A stretch of 64,000 bases of DNA from Candidatus Entotheonellaceae bacterium (GTDB taxonomy: Bacteria; Tectomicrobia; Entotheonellia; Entotheonellales; Entotheonellaceae), in NCBI GenBank assembly GCA_965238075.1, contig OZ250173.1, positions 1,952,001 to 2,016,000 of the forward strand, in the 5' to 3' direction. Position numbers and translations under genes: made by a program. Positions 28,917-38,468 of the stretch are shown piece by piece. The notes beneath the pieces were generated by a model. That model was not told the origin of the DNA and ran no database searches. It saw nothing but the letters and a program-made list of their open reading frames with translations. The number at the start of each line of letters is the position of its first letter. Position 1 is the first letter of the stretch.

Positions 28917-31685
28917 TTACGAACACCCGCTGGTGGCGCCACAATTGGGGCACTTGTAGCACGCGCCGCTGCGGGTCATCAGGGCGCCGCAGTCGGCGCA
29001 TGACGGGGCATCTTCCTGCAACCGGAAGTAATAGGGCTCCTCGGTGGTCCCCAAGGGCGTGTGATGGCCGTTCTTTGCTTCCTTGGGCGTAACCGGTTCG
29101 GCAGCCTGCTCCAGGCCGTCCCGGTCGAGAACACCGATTTGGGCGCGTTCGTCCTGATCGAGGAATTTGGATGCGAGCCAGCGGAAGATGTAATCCATCA
29201 CCGACTTGGCGATGGGAATCTCGGTGTTTTGGGTGAACCCGGCTGGCTCGAAGCGCATATGGCTGAACTTGTCGATCAACGCCCGCAGCGGCACGCCGTA
29301 CTGAAATGCCAGTGAAATCGACGTGGCGAAGGCATCCATCAGCCCGGAAATGGTGCTGCCCTCCTTGGCCATGACCAGGAAAATTTCGCCGGGTGTCCCG
29401 TCCTCGAACATGCCGACCGTAATATAGCCTTCATGTCCCGCGATTGAGAACTTGTGGGTGATTGCCGGGCGCTCATCCGGCAGCCGCCGCCGCATGGGTT
29501 TGCTCGGTGCCGCCGCAGTTTTCGGCTCGGCCGCCTTGGTGTTGAGCGGTTGGGTGCGCTTGCAGCCGTCGCGATAGATGGCGACGCACTTGATGCCGAG
29601 GCCCCAGGCGTCGATGTACGCCTGCTCGATGTCGGCGACCGTGGCCTGGTTGGGCACGTTGATTGTCTTCGACACCGACCCCGACAGGAACGGCTGCACC
29701 GCCGCTACCATGCGCAGGTGCCCGCTGTAATGGATCGAGCGGCCCCCGGGCATGGCGGGAAAGGCGCAGTCAAAGACCAGCAGATGGTCTTCCCGGAGGT
29801 CGGGCGCGCCTTCCATGGTGCCGTGCTCGTCAATGTATTGCACGAGGTTGTCGATCTGCTGCGGCGTGTAGCCGAGGCAGGTCAGGGCGCGCGGGACCGT
29901 GTTGTTGACGATCTTCAGCTCGCCGCCGCCGACGAGCTTCTTGTATTTCACCAGCGCCAGGTCGGGCTCGATGCCGGTGGTGTCGCAGTCCATCATGAAC
30001 GCGATGGTGCCGGTGGGTGCCAACAGGGTTACCTGTGCGTTGCGGTAGCCGTGTTGCTTGCCGTGAGCGTAGCACTCGCTCCACACCTGCTGGGCGGCTT
30101 CCTGTAGCGACTGCGGGAGGGATTCGTGCTGCGTGCCGCGGCAACTTTCCTGATGCCTTTTAATCACCTTCAGCATGGGCTTGCGATTGTCCGCGTAACC
30201 GGCGAAGGGTCCTTGCGCAGCGGCGATTTGCGAACTGGTCAGATACGCCTGCCCGGTCATCAGGGCGGTGATGGTGCCCGCATAGGCGCGGCCCGCGTCC
30301 GAGTCGTAGGGCAAGCCGCGGGCCATGAGCAGCGCCCCGAGGTTGGCGTATCCGAGGCCCAGGGTGCGGTAATCATGGCTGTTGCGCTCAATGGCCGGGG
30401 TGGGATAGCTGGCGTGGCCGACGAGGATTTCCTGCGCCAGGATCATCACGTGCACGGTGTGGCGGAAGGCTTCGATGTCGAACGTCCCGTCATCATCGAG
30501 GAATTGCATCAGGTTGAGCGAGGAGAGGTTGCAGGCGCTGTCGTTGATCCAGCAATACTCCGCACACGGGTTCGTGGCCTCCTGGCGTCCGGCGGCGGGG
30601 CACGTGTGCCAGCTATTGATCGTGTCGTCGAACTGAATGCCAGGGTCGCCGCAGGCCCATGTTGCCTCGGCGATCTGTCGCAGCAGGTCGCGGGCTTGGT
30701 AGGTCTTGGCGGGCTCGCCGGAAATGCGGTGGCGGGTCTGCCACTCGTTGTCTTTAGCCACCGCGCGCATGAACGCATCGGACACCCGCACCGAGTTGTT
30801 GGCGTTTTGGAAGCTGACGGTACCGTAGGCGTCGCCGTCGAGGGAGGCGTCGTACCCGGCGTCGATGAGCGCGTGCGCCTTTCGCTCCTCAACGGCCTTG
30901 CAGCGGATGAAGGCTTCGATGTCGGGATGGTCGGCATTGAGGAGCACCATTTTGGCGCTGCGCCGCGTCGTGCCGCCCGACTTGATAGCGCCGGCGGAGG
31001 CGTCTGCGGCCCGCATGAAGGAAAGCGGGCCGGAGGCCGTGCCACCGCCCGAAAGGGATTCGCCGGTGGCCCGCAGGCGAGAGAGATTGACGCCCGACCC
31101 CGATCCGCCCTTGAAGATAATGCCTTCCTGCCGGTACCAATCCAGGATGGCGTGCATGTCGTCGTGCACGGAAATGATGAAGCAGGCACTCGCCTGCGGC
31201 GGTGTGCCCTCCACCCCGATGTTGAACCACACCGGAGAGTTGAACGACGCCTTCTGGTGCAGCAGAACGTGGGTCAACTCATGCGAAAAAATTTCCGCAT
31301 CCTGCTTGCTGGCAAAGTACCCGTCGTCGTCGCCCCAAGTGGTGATGGTGTGCACGACCCGGTCGAGCACCTGGCGCACCGAGCCTTCGCGCCGGGGGGA
31401 ATCGAGCGGTCCGCGGAAATATTTCGAGGCCACCACGTTGGTTGCCAACTGCGACCACGTTTCGGGGAATTCCACGTCACGCTGTTCGAACACCGCACGC
31501 CCATTTTCACCGGTGATCACGGCGTGGCGATTTTCCCACGCCACGGCGTCGTAAGGATGCACGTCGGGACTGGTGAAATAGCGCTGCATCGACAGGCCGG
31601 GAGAGGCGTTCGCAGGCGTCGAGCTCCCGGTAGAAGTTGGATCCGTGGCGGGGAGGGTTGCGGAGGGAGGAGCTGCGCTGGTCAC
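28917..31685 (-). CDS. nrdJ: Vitamin B12-dependent (class II) ribonucleotide reductase with C-terminal TSCPD/Zn-ribbon domain
   Basis: FNSPVWFN, SACF, TNPCAEY, APTGTI, YRDGCK, RRRLPDER and C-terminal CxxC..CxxC..SGCS motifs. Confidence 0.95.
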   Translation of the reverse strand: MTSAAPPSATLPATDPTSTGSSTPANASPGLSMQRYFTSPDVHPYDAVAWENRHAVITGENGRAVFEQRDVEFPETWSQLATNVVASKYFRGPLDSPRREGSVRQVLDRVVHTITTWGDDDGYFASKQDAEIFSHELTHVLLHQKASFNSPVWFNIGVEGTPPQASACFIISVHDDMHAILDWYRQEGIIFKGGSGSGVNLSRLRATGESLSGGGTASGPLSFMRAADASAGAIKSGGTTRRSAKMVLLNADHPDIEAFIRCKAVEERKAHALIDAGYDASLDGDAYGTVSFQNANNSVRVSDAFMRAVAKDNEWQTRHRISGEPAKTYQARDLLRQIAEATWACGDPGIQFDDTINSWHTCPAAGRQEATNPCAEYCWINDSACNLSSLNLMQFLDDDGTFDIEAFRHTVHVMILAQEILVGHASYPTPAIERNSHDYRTLGLGYANLGALLMARGLPYDSDAGRAYAGTITALMTGQAYLTSSQIAAAQGPFAGYADNRKPMLKVIKRHQESCRGTQHESLPQSLQEAAQQVWSECYAHGKQHGYRNAQVTLLAPTGTIAFMMDCDTTGIEPDLALVKYKKLVGGGELKIVNNTVPRALTCLGYTPQQIDNLVQYIDEHGTMEGAPDLREDHLLVFDCAFPAMPGGRSIHYSGHLRMVAAVQPFLSGSVSKTINVPNQATVADIEQAYIDAWGLGIKCVAIYRDGCKRTQPLNTKAAEPKTAAAPSKPMRRRLPDERPAITHKFSIAGHEGYITVGMFEDGTPGEIFLVMAKEGSTISGLMDAFATSISLAFQYGVPLRALIDKFSHMRFEPAGFTQNTEIPIAKSVMDYIFRWLASKFLDQDERAQIGVLDRDGLEQAAEPVTPKEAKNGHHTPLGTTEEPYYFRLQEDAPSCADCGALMTRSGACYKCPNCGATSGCS

Positions 31686-31825
31686 TGAATTATCCCTTTA
31701 TAAGTCAATAAGTTGCGAACTGTCGGAGGGTGCGGTATGGCCTTGCCGATGCAGGCTTGCTGCATAGAATATGCGTAACAAAACTATCGTGCAAGCTAAA
31801 TTTGCAAATTGCAATAAACGCCTGA

Positions 31826-33034
31826 TCAGTCCATCGTGAGGGGCTGGATTCGTGCCCTTGAACCGGCCCGCAGAAGCCGCCGATGCGGCGGCATGACCAG
31901 TAATCCAAGGGGCTGCGAATCGGCTCGTGACAGGTCGAGCAGATTGTTGAGAAGCGTGGCTTGCCAGCCTTCGGGATCAGGATGCAGGCGGCAGGGAAAA
32001 AAGTGCGTTGTGCCGGGTCGCACCTTCACCGAGGTCCTGACGGTGGCTGTGAGCTCGCGGGGGATAGCGGGTTGGCCCAACAGCGTTCGGATGGCGGGCC
32101 GTACGAAGGTTTCAAAACCGACAAAGGAACCCCAAGGCGAGCCGGGAAGGCCCATAATCAGTGTCTGCCGGTGGCGCGCAACGGTGACGCCGCGGCCCGG
32201 ATTGGCGGCGACGCCGCGAAACAGGATGTCGGCCCCCGCTGCAGTCATGGCGTGCGCGGCAAAATCGTGCTGGCCGCGCCCCGAGGCGCCGAGAATGACG
32301 ATGATGTCGTTATCCAGTCCGCGCCGTAACGCCTCCGTCAGACTGTCGAGGGCGTCTGGCACGATACCGAGATTGACGCTGGCGCAACCCAGCTCCTGAG
32401 CTCGCAGTTCCAGGGCGTATAGGTTACTGCACCACTTCTTGGCCGGTTGCAACGCCGCTCCGGGCGGCAACAGCTCGTCGCCGGGTGCCACCAGGGCCAA
32501 GCGCGGGCGCCGCGCGACATCGGCGCTGGCGAGACCGAGGGCTAACGCCGTACCGATTCGCTGCGGCGTCAGGCGCTCTCCGCGAGGTAGCACAACCGTG
32601 CGGCGCCGAATCTCGTCGCCACGCCGCTGGACGTTCACCCACCTGCCAAGAGGCTGCCGGACGAACAAATCGCCACCCTCGACCTCACTCTCTTCCATTT
32701 TCAAGACGGCGTCGGCGCCGGGCGGTATCGGCGCCCCGGTCATGATGGGCACCGCCTGGCGCGGCTTCAGCGGCTGCTCCAAATACTCTCCCGCAGTGAG
32801 CGTTGCGCCCAGCGTCAGGCGCACGGGCCGCGCGGGGGTGGCCGCGCGGGCATCGCGGCTCCGCAGCGCGTAGCCATCCATCAGGGATTGATCAAACGGC
32901 GGCATGTCGTGCGCCGCGGTCAGGGCGTGGCTTAACACGCGCTGATGGGTCGCCGTCAACGCCAATCGCTCTTCCTGCAGCGGTTGCGGCAGGTTGCGGA
33001 TAATAGTCTGCACGGCCTGCGTATAGCTGATCAT
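31826..33034 (-). CDS. moeA: Molybdopterin molybdotransferase MoeA (divergent)
   Basis: PPFDQSLMDGYA, IMTGAPIPPGADAV, GDEL and GLPG motifs. Confidence 0.85.
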   Translation of the reverse strand: MISYTQAVQTIIRNLPQPLQEERLALTATHQRVLSHALTAAHDMPPFDQSLMDGYALRSRDARAATPARPVRLTLGATLTAGEYLEQPLKPRQAVPIMTGAPIPPGADAVLKMEESEVEGGDLFVRQPLGRWVNVQRRGDEIRRRTVVLPRGERLTPQRIGTALALGLASADVARRPRLALVAPGDELLPPGAALQPAKKWCSNLYALELRAQELGCASVNLGIVPDALDSLTEALRRGLDNDIIVILGASGRGQHDFAAHAMTAAGADILFRGVAANPGRGVTVARHRQTLIMGLPGSPWGSFVGFETFVRPAIRTLLGQPAIPRELTATVRTSVKVRPGTTHFFPCRLHPDPEGWQATLLNNLLDLSRADSQPLGLLVMPPHRRLLRAGSRARIQPLTMD

Positions 33035-33248
33035 GGATGCTCACCTGCGAGGGTCATTGCCCGGGTTGGAACAAGGGATCTCACTATATCCAAGCGCCGC
33101 CGAGCCGGGCAAGCCGTCCGGTCTGGAATCAAACCCCGCCAAACGTTATAGTGGTACGTTCTTTGCTCACCTAATCGTTAACGGGAAAGACACGTGCCGC
33201 AGGGGCGTTGAGATATAACGCCGATGTTGGATGAAGGAGACGGCAGAT

Positions 33249-34130
33249 ATGGCCGAGACACAGTTTACCTTGAAGACGGGCTTGGCGGAGATGCTCAAAG
33301 GGGGCGTCATCATGGACGTCACCACTGCCGACCAGGCCAAGATTGCTGAAGATGCGGGTGCGGTAGCCGTCATGGCGTTGGAGCGCGTGCCGGCCGATAT
33401 CCGGGCACAGGGCGGTATCGCGCGCATGGCCGATCCGACGAAAATCCGCGAGATCATGGCGGTGGTGTCGATTCCCGTGATGGCCAAGGTGCGCATCGGG
33501 CACTTTGTGGAAGCCCAGATTCTGCAGGCGTTGGGCGTCGACTATGTCGACGAGAGCGAAGTGCTGACGCCGGCGGATGAAGCCCATCACATTGACAAAT
33601 TCGCGTTTCGCGTGCCCTTCGTCTGCGGGGCGCGCAATCTGGGTGAGGCGCTGCGCCGCATCGCCGAGGGCGCGGCCATGATCCGAACCAAGGGGGAGGC
33701 GGGCTCCGGCAACGTCGTCGAGGCCGTGCGCCACATGCGCGCCGTGCAGGGCGTCATGCGCAAACTGACGATCCTGGGCGATGAGGAACTGATGGCGGCC
33801 GCCAAGGAGCTCGAGGCCCCCTACGAGCTCGTCAAGATGGTGGCGCAGACCGGCAAGCTGCCGGTGCCGAACTTTGCCGCCGGTGGGGTGGCGACGCCCG
33901 CCGACGCCTCGCTCATGATGCAACTCGGCGCCGAGTCGGTCTTCGTGGGCTCGGGTATCTTCAAGTCCGGCGACCCGCCGCGCCGCGCCGACGCCATCGT
34001 GCAGGCGACCACGCACTACCTCGACGCTGACCTGCTGGCGCGCGTGTCCGAAGACCTCGGCGAGGCCATGGTGGGGATCGACATCAGCCGCTTGGACGAC
34101 AGCGAGTTGTTGCAGACGCGGGGCTGGTGA
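33249..34130 (+). CDS. pdxS: PLP synthase lyase subunit PdxS
   Basis: [27 protein letters not shown] and [12 protein letters not shown] motifs. Confidence 0.97.
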   Translation: MAETQFTLKTGLAEMLKGGVIMDVTTADQAKIAEDAGAVAVMALERVPADIRAQGGIARMADPTKIREIMAVVSIPVMAKVRIGHFVEAQILQALGVDYVDESEVLTPADEAHHIDKFAFRVPFVCGARNLGEALRRIAEGAAMIRTKGEAGSGNVVEAVRHMRAVQGVMRKLTILGDEELMAAAKELEAPYELVKMVAQTGKLPVPNFAAGGVATPADASLMMQLGAESVFVGSGIFKSGDPPRRADAIVQATTHYLDADLLARVSEDLGEAMVGIDISRLDDSELLQTRGW

Positions 34131-34714
34131 TCGACATGGCGTGTGTCGGCCTTCTGGCCCTGCAAGGCGATTTCGCCGCACACGAAAAGATTCTTGCGGA
34201 ACTGGGGGTCGAGTCGAAACTCGTCAAGAAGCCCGCCGACCTCGCCGGCGTGCAAGGGCTCATCATTCCGGGCGGGGAAAGCACGACGCTGCTGAAACTC
34301 ATGACTCCGGTGGCGATGCGCCCTGCTCTTGAGCAATTCCATGCCCAAGGCCGACCCATCTTCGGAACCTGCGCGGGCCTCATCCTGCTGGCGCAGGAGA
34401 CCCTGCCGCCTCAAGAGAGTCTGGGATTCATTGATATTGTGGCGAGACGGAACGCCTACGGCAGGCAGATTGACAGCTTTGTGGCGCTGGGAACGCCGCT
34501 GGCGGACGACCTGAGCGCCGAACCCCTGGAGATGGTGTTCATTCGCGCTCCGAAGGTCGCCCGAGTCAGTCCCGGGGTGACGCCCTTGGCCGAGTGCCAA
34601 GGCGAGGTCGTCTTGGCTCGACAGGGTAGTGTCCTCGTATCGTCCTTCCACCCCGAGCTCACGCAAGACCGCCGCGTGCATCAATACTTCTTGCAGATGC
34701 TCGCGGCGGGATAA
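34127..34714 (+). CDS. pdxT: PLP synthase glutaminase subunit PdxT
   Basis: LALQGDF, PGGESTT, GTCAG and FHPEL motifs. Confidence 0.97.
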   Translation: MIDMACVGLLALQGDFAAHEKILAELGVESKLVKKPADLAGVQGLIIPGGESTTLLKLMTPVAMRPALEQFHAQGRPIFGTCAGLILLAQETLPPQESLGFIDIVARRNAYGRQIDSFVALGTPLADDLSAEPLEMVFIRAPKVARVSPGVTPLAECQGEVVLARQGSVLVSSFHPELTQDRRVHQYFLQMLAAG

Positions 34715-34761
34715 AAGCGTAGCCGCCGACCTCGAAAGATGCCGGCGGGCCCACAGTGGAT

Positions 34762-36420
34762 TTAGTACATGCCACCCATGCCGCCCATGCCACCCATGCC
34801 GTCCATACCACCACCCGGCAGGGCGGGCGCTTTTTCTTTCTCGGGCAACTCGGTGATCAAGGCTTCCGTGGTCATCAACAGACCGGAAATACTGGCCGCA
34901 TTCTGCAAGGCCGTACGGGTCACTTTGGTCGGGTCGATGATGCCCTTGTCCAGCATGTCGCCATACGTATCGTTGCCGGCGTCGTAACCCTCGTTGTCCT
35001 TGAGGTCGCGGACCTTCTGCACGACAATCGAGCCTTCGGCGCCGGCGTTGGCAGCGATGTGCCGCAGCGGCTCTTCCAGGGCTCGCCGCACGATGCGGGC
35101 ACCCAGCCGTAGATCGCCTTCGAGCCCATCGGCAAGCGAATCGAGGGCCGGGATGGCGCGCAAGTAAACGACACCGCCGCCGGGCACAACGCCTTCCTCG
35201 ACCGCCGCGCGGGTGGCGTTCAGGGCGTCCTCGACGCGGGCCTTCTTCTCTTTCATTTCCGCTTCGGTAGCGGCGCCGACATTAATCACCGCCACGCCGC
35301 CGACCAGCTTCGCCAAGCGCTCCTGCAGTTTCTCGCGGTCGTAATCGGACGTGGTTTCCTCGATCTGGGTGCGAATCTGATTCACCCGACCCTCGATTTC
35401 GGAACCCGCACCGGAACCCTCGATGATAGTCGTGTTTTCCTTGTCAATAGTGATGCGCTTCGCCTGGCCGAGATCATTCAGGGTGATATTTTCCAGCTTG
35501 ATGCCCAGGTCTTCGGAAATCACGTTGCCGCCGGTGAGGACGGCGATGTCCTTGAGCATTTCCTTGCGCCGGTCGCCAAAGCCGGGGGCCTTGACCGCCG
35601 CGCCCTGCAGCGTACCGCGCAGCCGGTTCACCACCAGGGTGGCGAGGGCCTCGCCCTCAACGTCCTCGGCGATGACCAGGAAAGGACGGCTCATCTTGGC
35701 GATCTGCTCCAGGATGGGCAGGAGCTCGCGCATGTTGCTGATCTTCTTTTCGTGCAACAGGATATACGCGTTTTCGAGGTTCGTTTCCATGCGCTCGGCA
35801 TCGGTCACGAAATAGGGGGAGAGATAGCCGCGGTCAAACTGCATGCCCTCGACGATGTCCAGCGAGGTTTCCATGCTCTTGGCTTCTTCGACCGTGATGA
35901 CGCCGTCCTTGCCGACCTTCTCCATGGCCTCGGCAATCAGGTCGCCGATGGTCGGGTCGTTATTGGCCGAGATGGTGCCGATCTGCGCGATTTCTTTTTT
36001 GTCCTTGGTGGGGCGGCTGAGCTTCTTGATCTCTTCCACGACGGTCTCAACGCCGCGTTCGATGCCACGTTTCAGCTCCATCGGACTGGCGCCCGCGGTG
36101 ACGTTTTTGACGCCTTCGCGGAAGATCGCCTGAGCCAGTACCGTCGCGGTCGTGGTGCCATCGCCAGCCACGTCGCTGGTCTTGCTGGCCACCTCGCGCA
36201 GCATCTGTGCGCCCATGTTTTCAAAGGGATCTTGCAGCTCAATTTCCTTGGCAACCGTAACACCGTCCTTAGTGGACATCGGGGAACCGAATTTTTTGTC
36301 GATGACGACGTTGCGGCCTTTCGGCCCCAGCGTCGCCCTTACCGCTTCAGCCAACTGATCGACACCGCGCAGCACGGCGCTGCGCGCATCAGAACTGTAC
36401 AGAATCTGCTTGGCAGGCAT
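34762..36420 (-). CDS. groL: Chaperonin GroEL
   Basis: [18 protein letters not shown] and GGM tail. Confidence 0.98.
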   Translation of the reverse strand: MPAKQILYSSDARSAVLRGVDQLAEAVRATLGPKGRNVVIDKKFGSPMSTKDGVTVAKEIELQDPFENMGAQMLREVASKTSDVAGDGTTTATVLAQAIFREGVKNVTAGASPMELKRGIERGVETVVEEIKKLSRPTKDKKEIAQIGTISANNDPTIGDLIAEAMEKVGKDGVITVEEAKSMETSLDIVEGMQFDRGYLSPYFVTDAERMETNLENAYILLHEKKISNMRELLPILEQIAKMSRPFLVIAEDVEGEALATLVVNRLRGTLQGAAVKAPGFGDRRKEMLKDIAVLTGGNVISEDLGIKLENITLNDLGQAKRITIDKENTTIIEGSGAGSEIEGRVNQIRTQIEETTSDYDREKLQERLAKLVGGVAVINVGAATEAEMKEKKARVEDALNATRAAVEEGVVPGGGVVYLRAIPALDSLADGLEGDLRLGARIVRRALEEPLRHIAANAGAEGSIVVQKVRDLKDNEGYDAGNDTYGDMLDKGIIDPTKVTRTALQNAASISGLLMTTEALITELPEKEKAPALPGGGMDGMGGMGGMGGMY

Positions 36421-36451
36421 AGAATCGAACCTCCTTGTTGGGTATCAGCAC

Positions 36452-36739
36452 CTATTCCAAAACGCCTAAGACATCGTCTTCACGAATGATCAAATACTCT
36501 TCACCGTCGAGTTTCACTTCCGTGCCGGCGTACTTGCCGAAGATGACCTTGTCACCCTCTTTGACATCCATGTCCTGCACCTTGCCATCGTCGGAGACGC
36601 GACCGGGACCCGCGGCCAGAACCTTGGCCTGCTGCGGTTTCTCCTTCGCGGTGTCCGGGATGATAATGCCGCCCTGGACCTCTTCTTCTTCGTCCAACCG
36701 CTGAACCAAAATGCGGTCGTGCAAGGGACGTAAGCTCAT
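36452..36739 (-). CDS. groS: Co-chaperonin GroES
   Basis: LRPLHDRILV and GGIIIPDTAKEKP motifs. Confidence 0.98.
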   Translation of the reverse strand: MSLRPLHDRILVQRLDEEEEVQGGIIIPDTAKEKPQQAKVLAAGPGRVSDDGKVQDMDVKEGDKVIFGKYAGTEVKLDGEEYLIIREDDVLGVLE

Positions 36740-36807
36740 AGCCCTCTCCTTCCGTCTGATTGTCGTGATTACGTACGTGTCGCGCCTAGGCTAGGCGCTC
36801 CAGTGTA

Positions 36808-36834
36808 TTAGCACTCACATGTATTGAGTGCTAA
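36808..36834. promoter_or_regulatory. CIRCE element (HrcA operator) upstream of groES
   Basis: Perfect TTAGCACTC-N9-GAGTGCTAA, preceded on the minus strand by TTGCAA-17-TAGCTT. Confidence 0.95.
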
Positions 36835-36936
36835 TAAGCTATTAAATTCCTTTTGAGTTTGCAAGAGGGCGAGCATTTTTTGTGGTTCGACCCCATCCGG
36901 CTCGTGCTATGGTTGGGTGGTAAACCGTATCCGCGC

Positions 36937-37533
36937 ATGGCTGAGAACGCAGAACGTGTCATGAACCAGTTGGAAGGCAAGAAGACGGTTCTCGCGGTCA
37001 GCGGAGGCATCGCTGCCTTCAAGGCATTGGGGGTGTTGCGCCTGTTGAAGCAGCAGGGGGCTGACGTGTACGTCGTCATGACCGATCACGCCGCCGAGTT
37101 CATGAAGCCGGCCGGCTTCGCCATGCACTCCGGCCATCCGGTCAGCCTGGACCAGTTTGCGCCGGCGCACGGCTGGCAGATGGAGCATCTGGCCCTCGCG
37201 CAGGGCACGGACTTGGCCCTGGTGGCGCCGGCAACGGCCAACGCCATCGCCAAGCTCGCCACCGGCATCGCGGACGATTTGTTCAGCACGCTGTTCGTGG
37301 CCCTGGCGCAACGGGTTCCCACCTTCCTGGCGCCGGCGATGAATCCCCTTATGTACGGCAATGCCGTCGTGCAGGCGCACCTCGACACCCTGCGCCGGCG
37401 GGGCGTTCAGATCATCGCGCCGCGATATGGTCAACTGGCGAGTACAAAGGAAGGGGAGGGGGTCGGAAGGCTGGCAGAGCCCGAGGAGATCGTCGCCGAG
37501 ATGCTGGCTTATTTGCAGCGAGTCGATGCCTGA
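36937..37533 (+). CDS. coaC: HFCD flavoprotein, phosphopantothenoylcysteine decarboxylase (CoaC-like, no CoaB domain)
   Basis: VSGGIAAFK, EHLAL, APATANAIAK, APAMN and GRLAEPEEI motifs; ends before the CoaB domain. Confidence 0.8.
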   Translation: MAENAERVMNQLEGKKTVLAVSGGIAAFKALGVLRLLKQQGADVYVVMTDHAAEFMKPAGFAMHSGHPVSLDQFAPAHGWQMEHLALAQGTDLALVAPATANAIAKLATGIADDLFSTLFVALAQRVPTFLAPAMNPLMYGNAVVQAHLDTLRRRGVQIIAPRYGQLASTKEGEGVGRLAEPEEIVAEMLAYLQRVDA

Positions 37534-37555
37534 ACGGCGGTGGCGGCCTTGAGGG

Positions 37556-37834
37556 TTAAACTTCCTCGTCCAGCAACACTTCAACGTCGGCGCCTGAAAT
37601 CATCGTAATGGTGTCCCAGGGGCACTCTTTGGCGCAAATGGTACATCCCGTGCACACGTCCCAATCGACGATGACGACCTCGTGGGTGCCGTCGCCGGCG
37701 TAGGAGGGATCGGCAATTTTATCAATGCAATCGACCGGACAAAAATCAACGCACCACTCACAACCGGTGCAGCCATCGACATCAATCCAGGCTTTGGGCC
37801 GCGGTTTGCGCGCCCGCCTCGCTCGCTCCGCCAC
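37556..37834 (-). CDS. 2x[4Fe-4S] dicluster ferredoxin
   Basis: CTGCEWCVDFCP and CTGCTICAKECP; GGAG RBS before GTG 37834. Confidence 0.88.
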   Translation of the reverse strand: MAERARRARKPRPKAWIDVDGCTGCEWCVDFCPVDCIDKIADPSYAGDGTHEVVIVDWDVCTGCTICAKECPWDTITMISGADVEVLLDEEV

Positions 37835-37975
37835 TACGTTTCTCCATGTATTGGGTCGGCTCTTGACGTTTACTGCTGAATCAAGCCATTCTAGCGGCCT
37901 CGCCGGGCCATTGCAACAGGCGCGGGAGGCGTTGGCAGCACGAGCGCGGCGCCCGCCGGAGCGGAGGGCGGCGTG

Positions 37976-38425
37976 ATGCGGGCTGTGGTGCAACGGGTCT
38001 CGAAGGCCCGGGTCGACGTGGATGGCGAAACGGTGGGTGCCGTCGAGCAGGGCCTGCTGGTGCTCCTGGGCGTGCAAACGCCGGATACGGAACGGGACGC
38101 CGATTATCTGGCGGCGAAGGTCGTCACGCTGCGGATATTCAACGACGCGCAGGGCAAGATGAACCGCGACGTGCAGGACGTTCAGGGCGGCGTGCTGATC
38201 GTGTCGCAGTTCACCTTGTACGGCGACGCTCGCAAAGGCCGTCGCCCGTCGTTCGTTCAGGCGGCGCCCCCGGAACAGGCCGAGCATCTCTACGAATACT
38301 TCCTCGAAGCCACTGCCCGGCACGGCGTGCCCGTCGCGCACGGCGTTTTCGGCACGCACATGCAGGTGCACTTGGTCAACGACGGGCCGGTGACGCTACT
38401 CCTCGACAGCCCTGGTAGCGGCTGA
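37976..38425 (+). CDS. dtd: D-aminoacyl-tRNA deacylase
   Basis: [20 protein letters not shown] and NDGPVT motifs. Confidence 0.97.
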   Translation: MRAVVQRVSKARVDVDGETVGAVEQGLLVLLGVQTPDTERDADYLAAKVVTLRIFNDAQGKMNRDVQDVQGGVLIVSQFTLYGDARKGRRPSFVQAAPPEQAEHLYEYFLEATARHGVPVAHGVFGTHMQVHLVNDGPVTLLLDSPGSG

Positions 38426-38468
38426 GCCAATGGCAGAACGCATCGCACAAGGAAACGGGAGGGACCCC

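Noticed and set aside
28917-31685. Intein in NrdJ
   Set aside because: Length is explained by the catalytic and TSCPD domains; no intein splice motifs are seen.
31686-31825. Cobalamin riboswitch or NrdR boxes upstream of nrdJ
   Set aside because: The region is short, I could not recognise a B12 box, and similarity to the NrdR consensus is weak.
34787-34815. Short 9-bp repeats at the groL 3' end
   Set aside because: Normal GGM tail of GroEL.
36881-36900. GGTTCGA motif as a possible tRNA T-loop
   Set aside because: No cloverleaf or acceptor stem around it.
37556-38371. 271-aa ORF
   Set aside because: Only the last 92 aa (ferredoxin) are credible; the rest is antisense to dtd.
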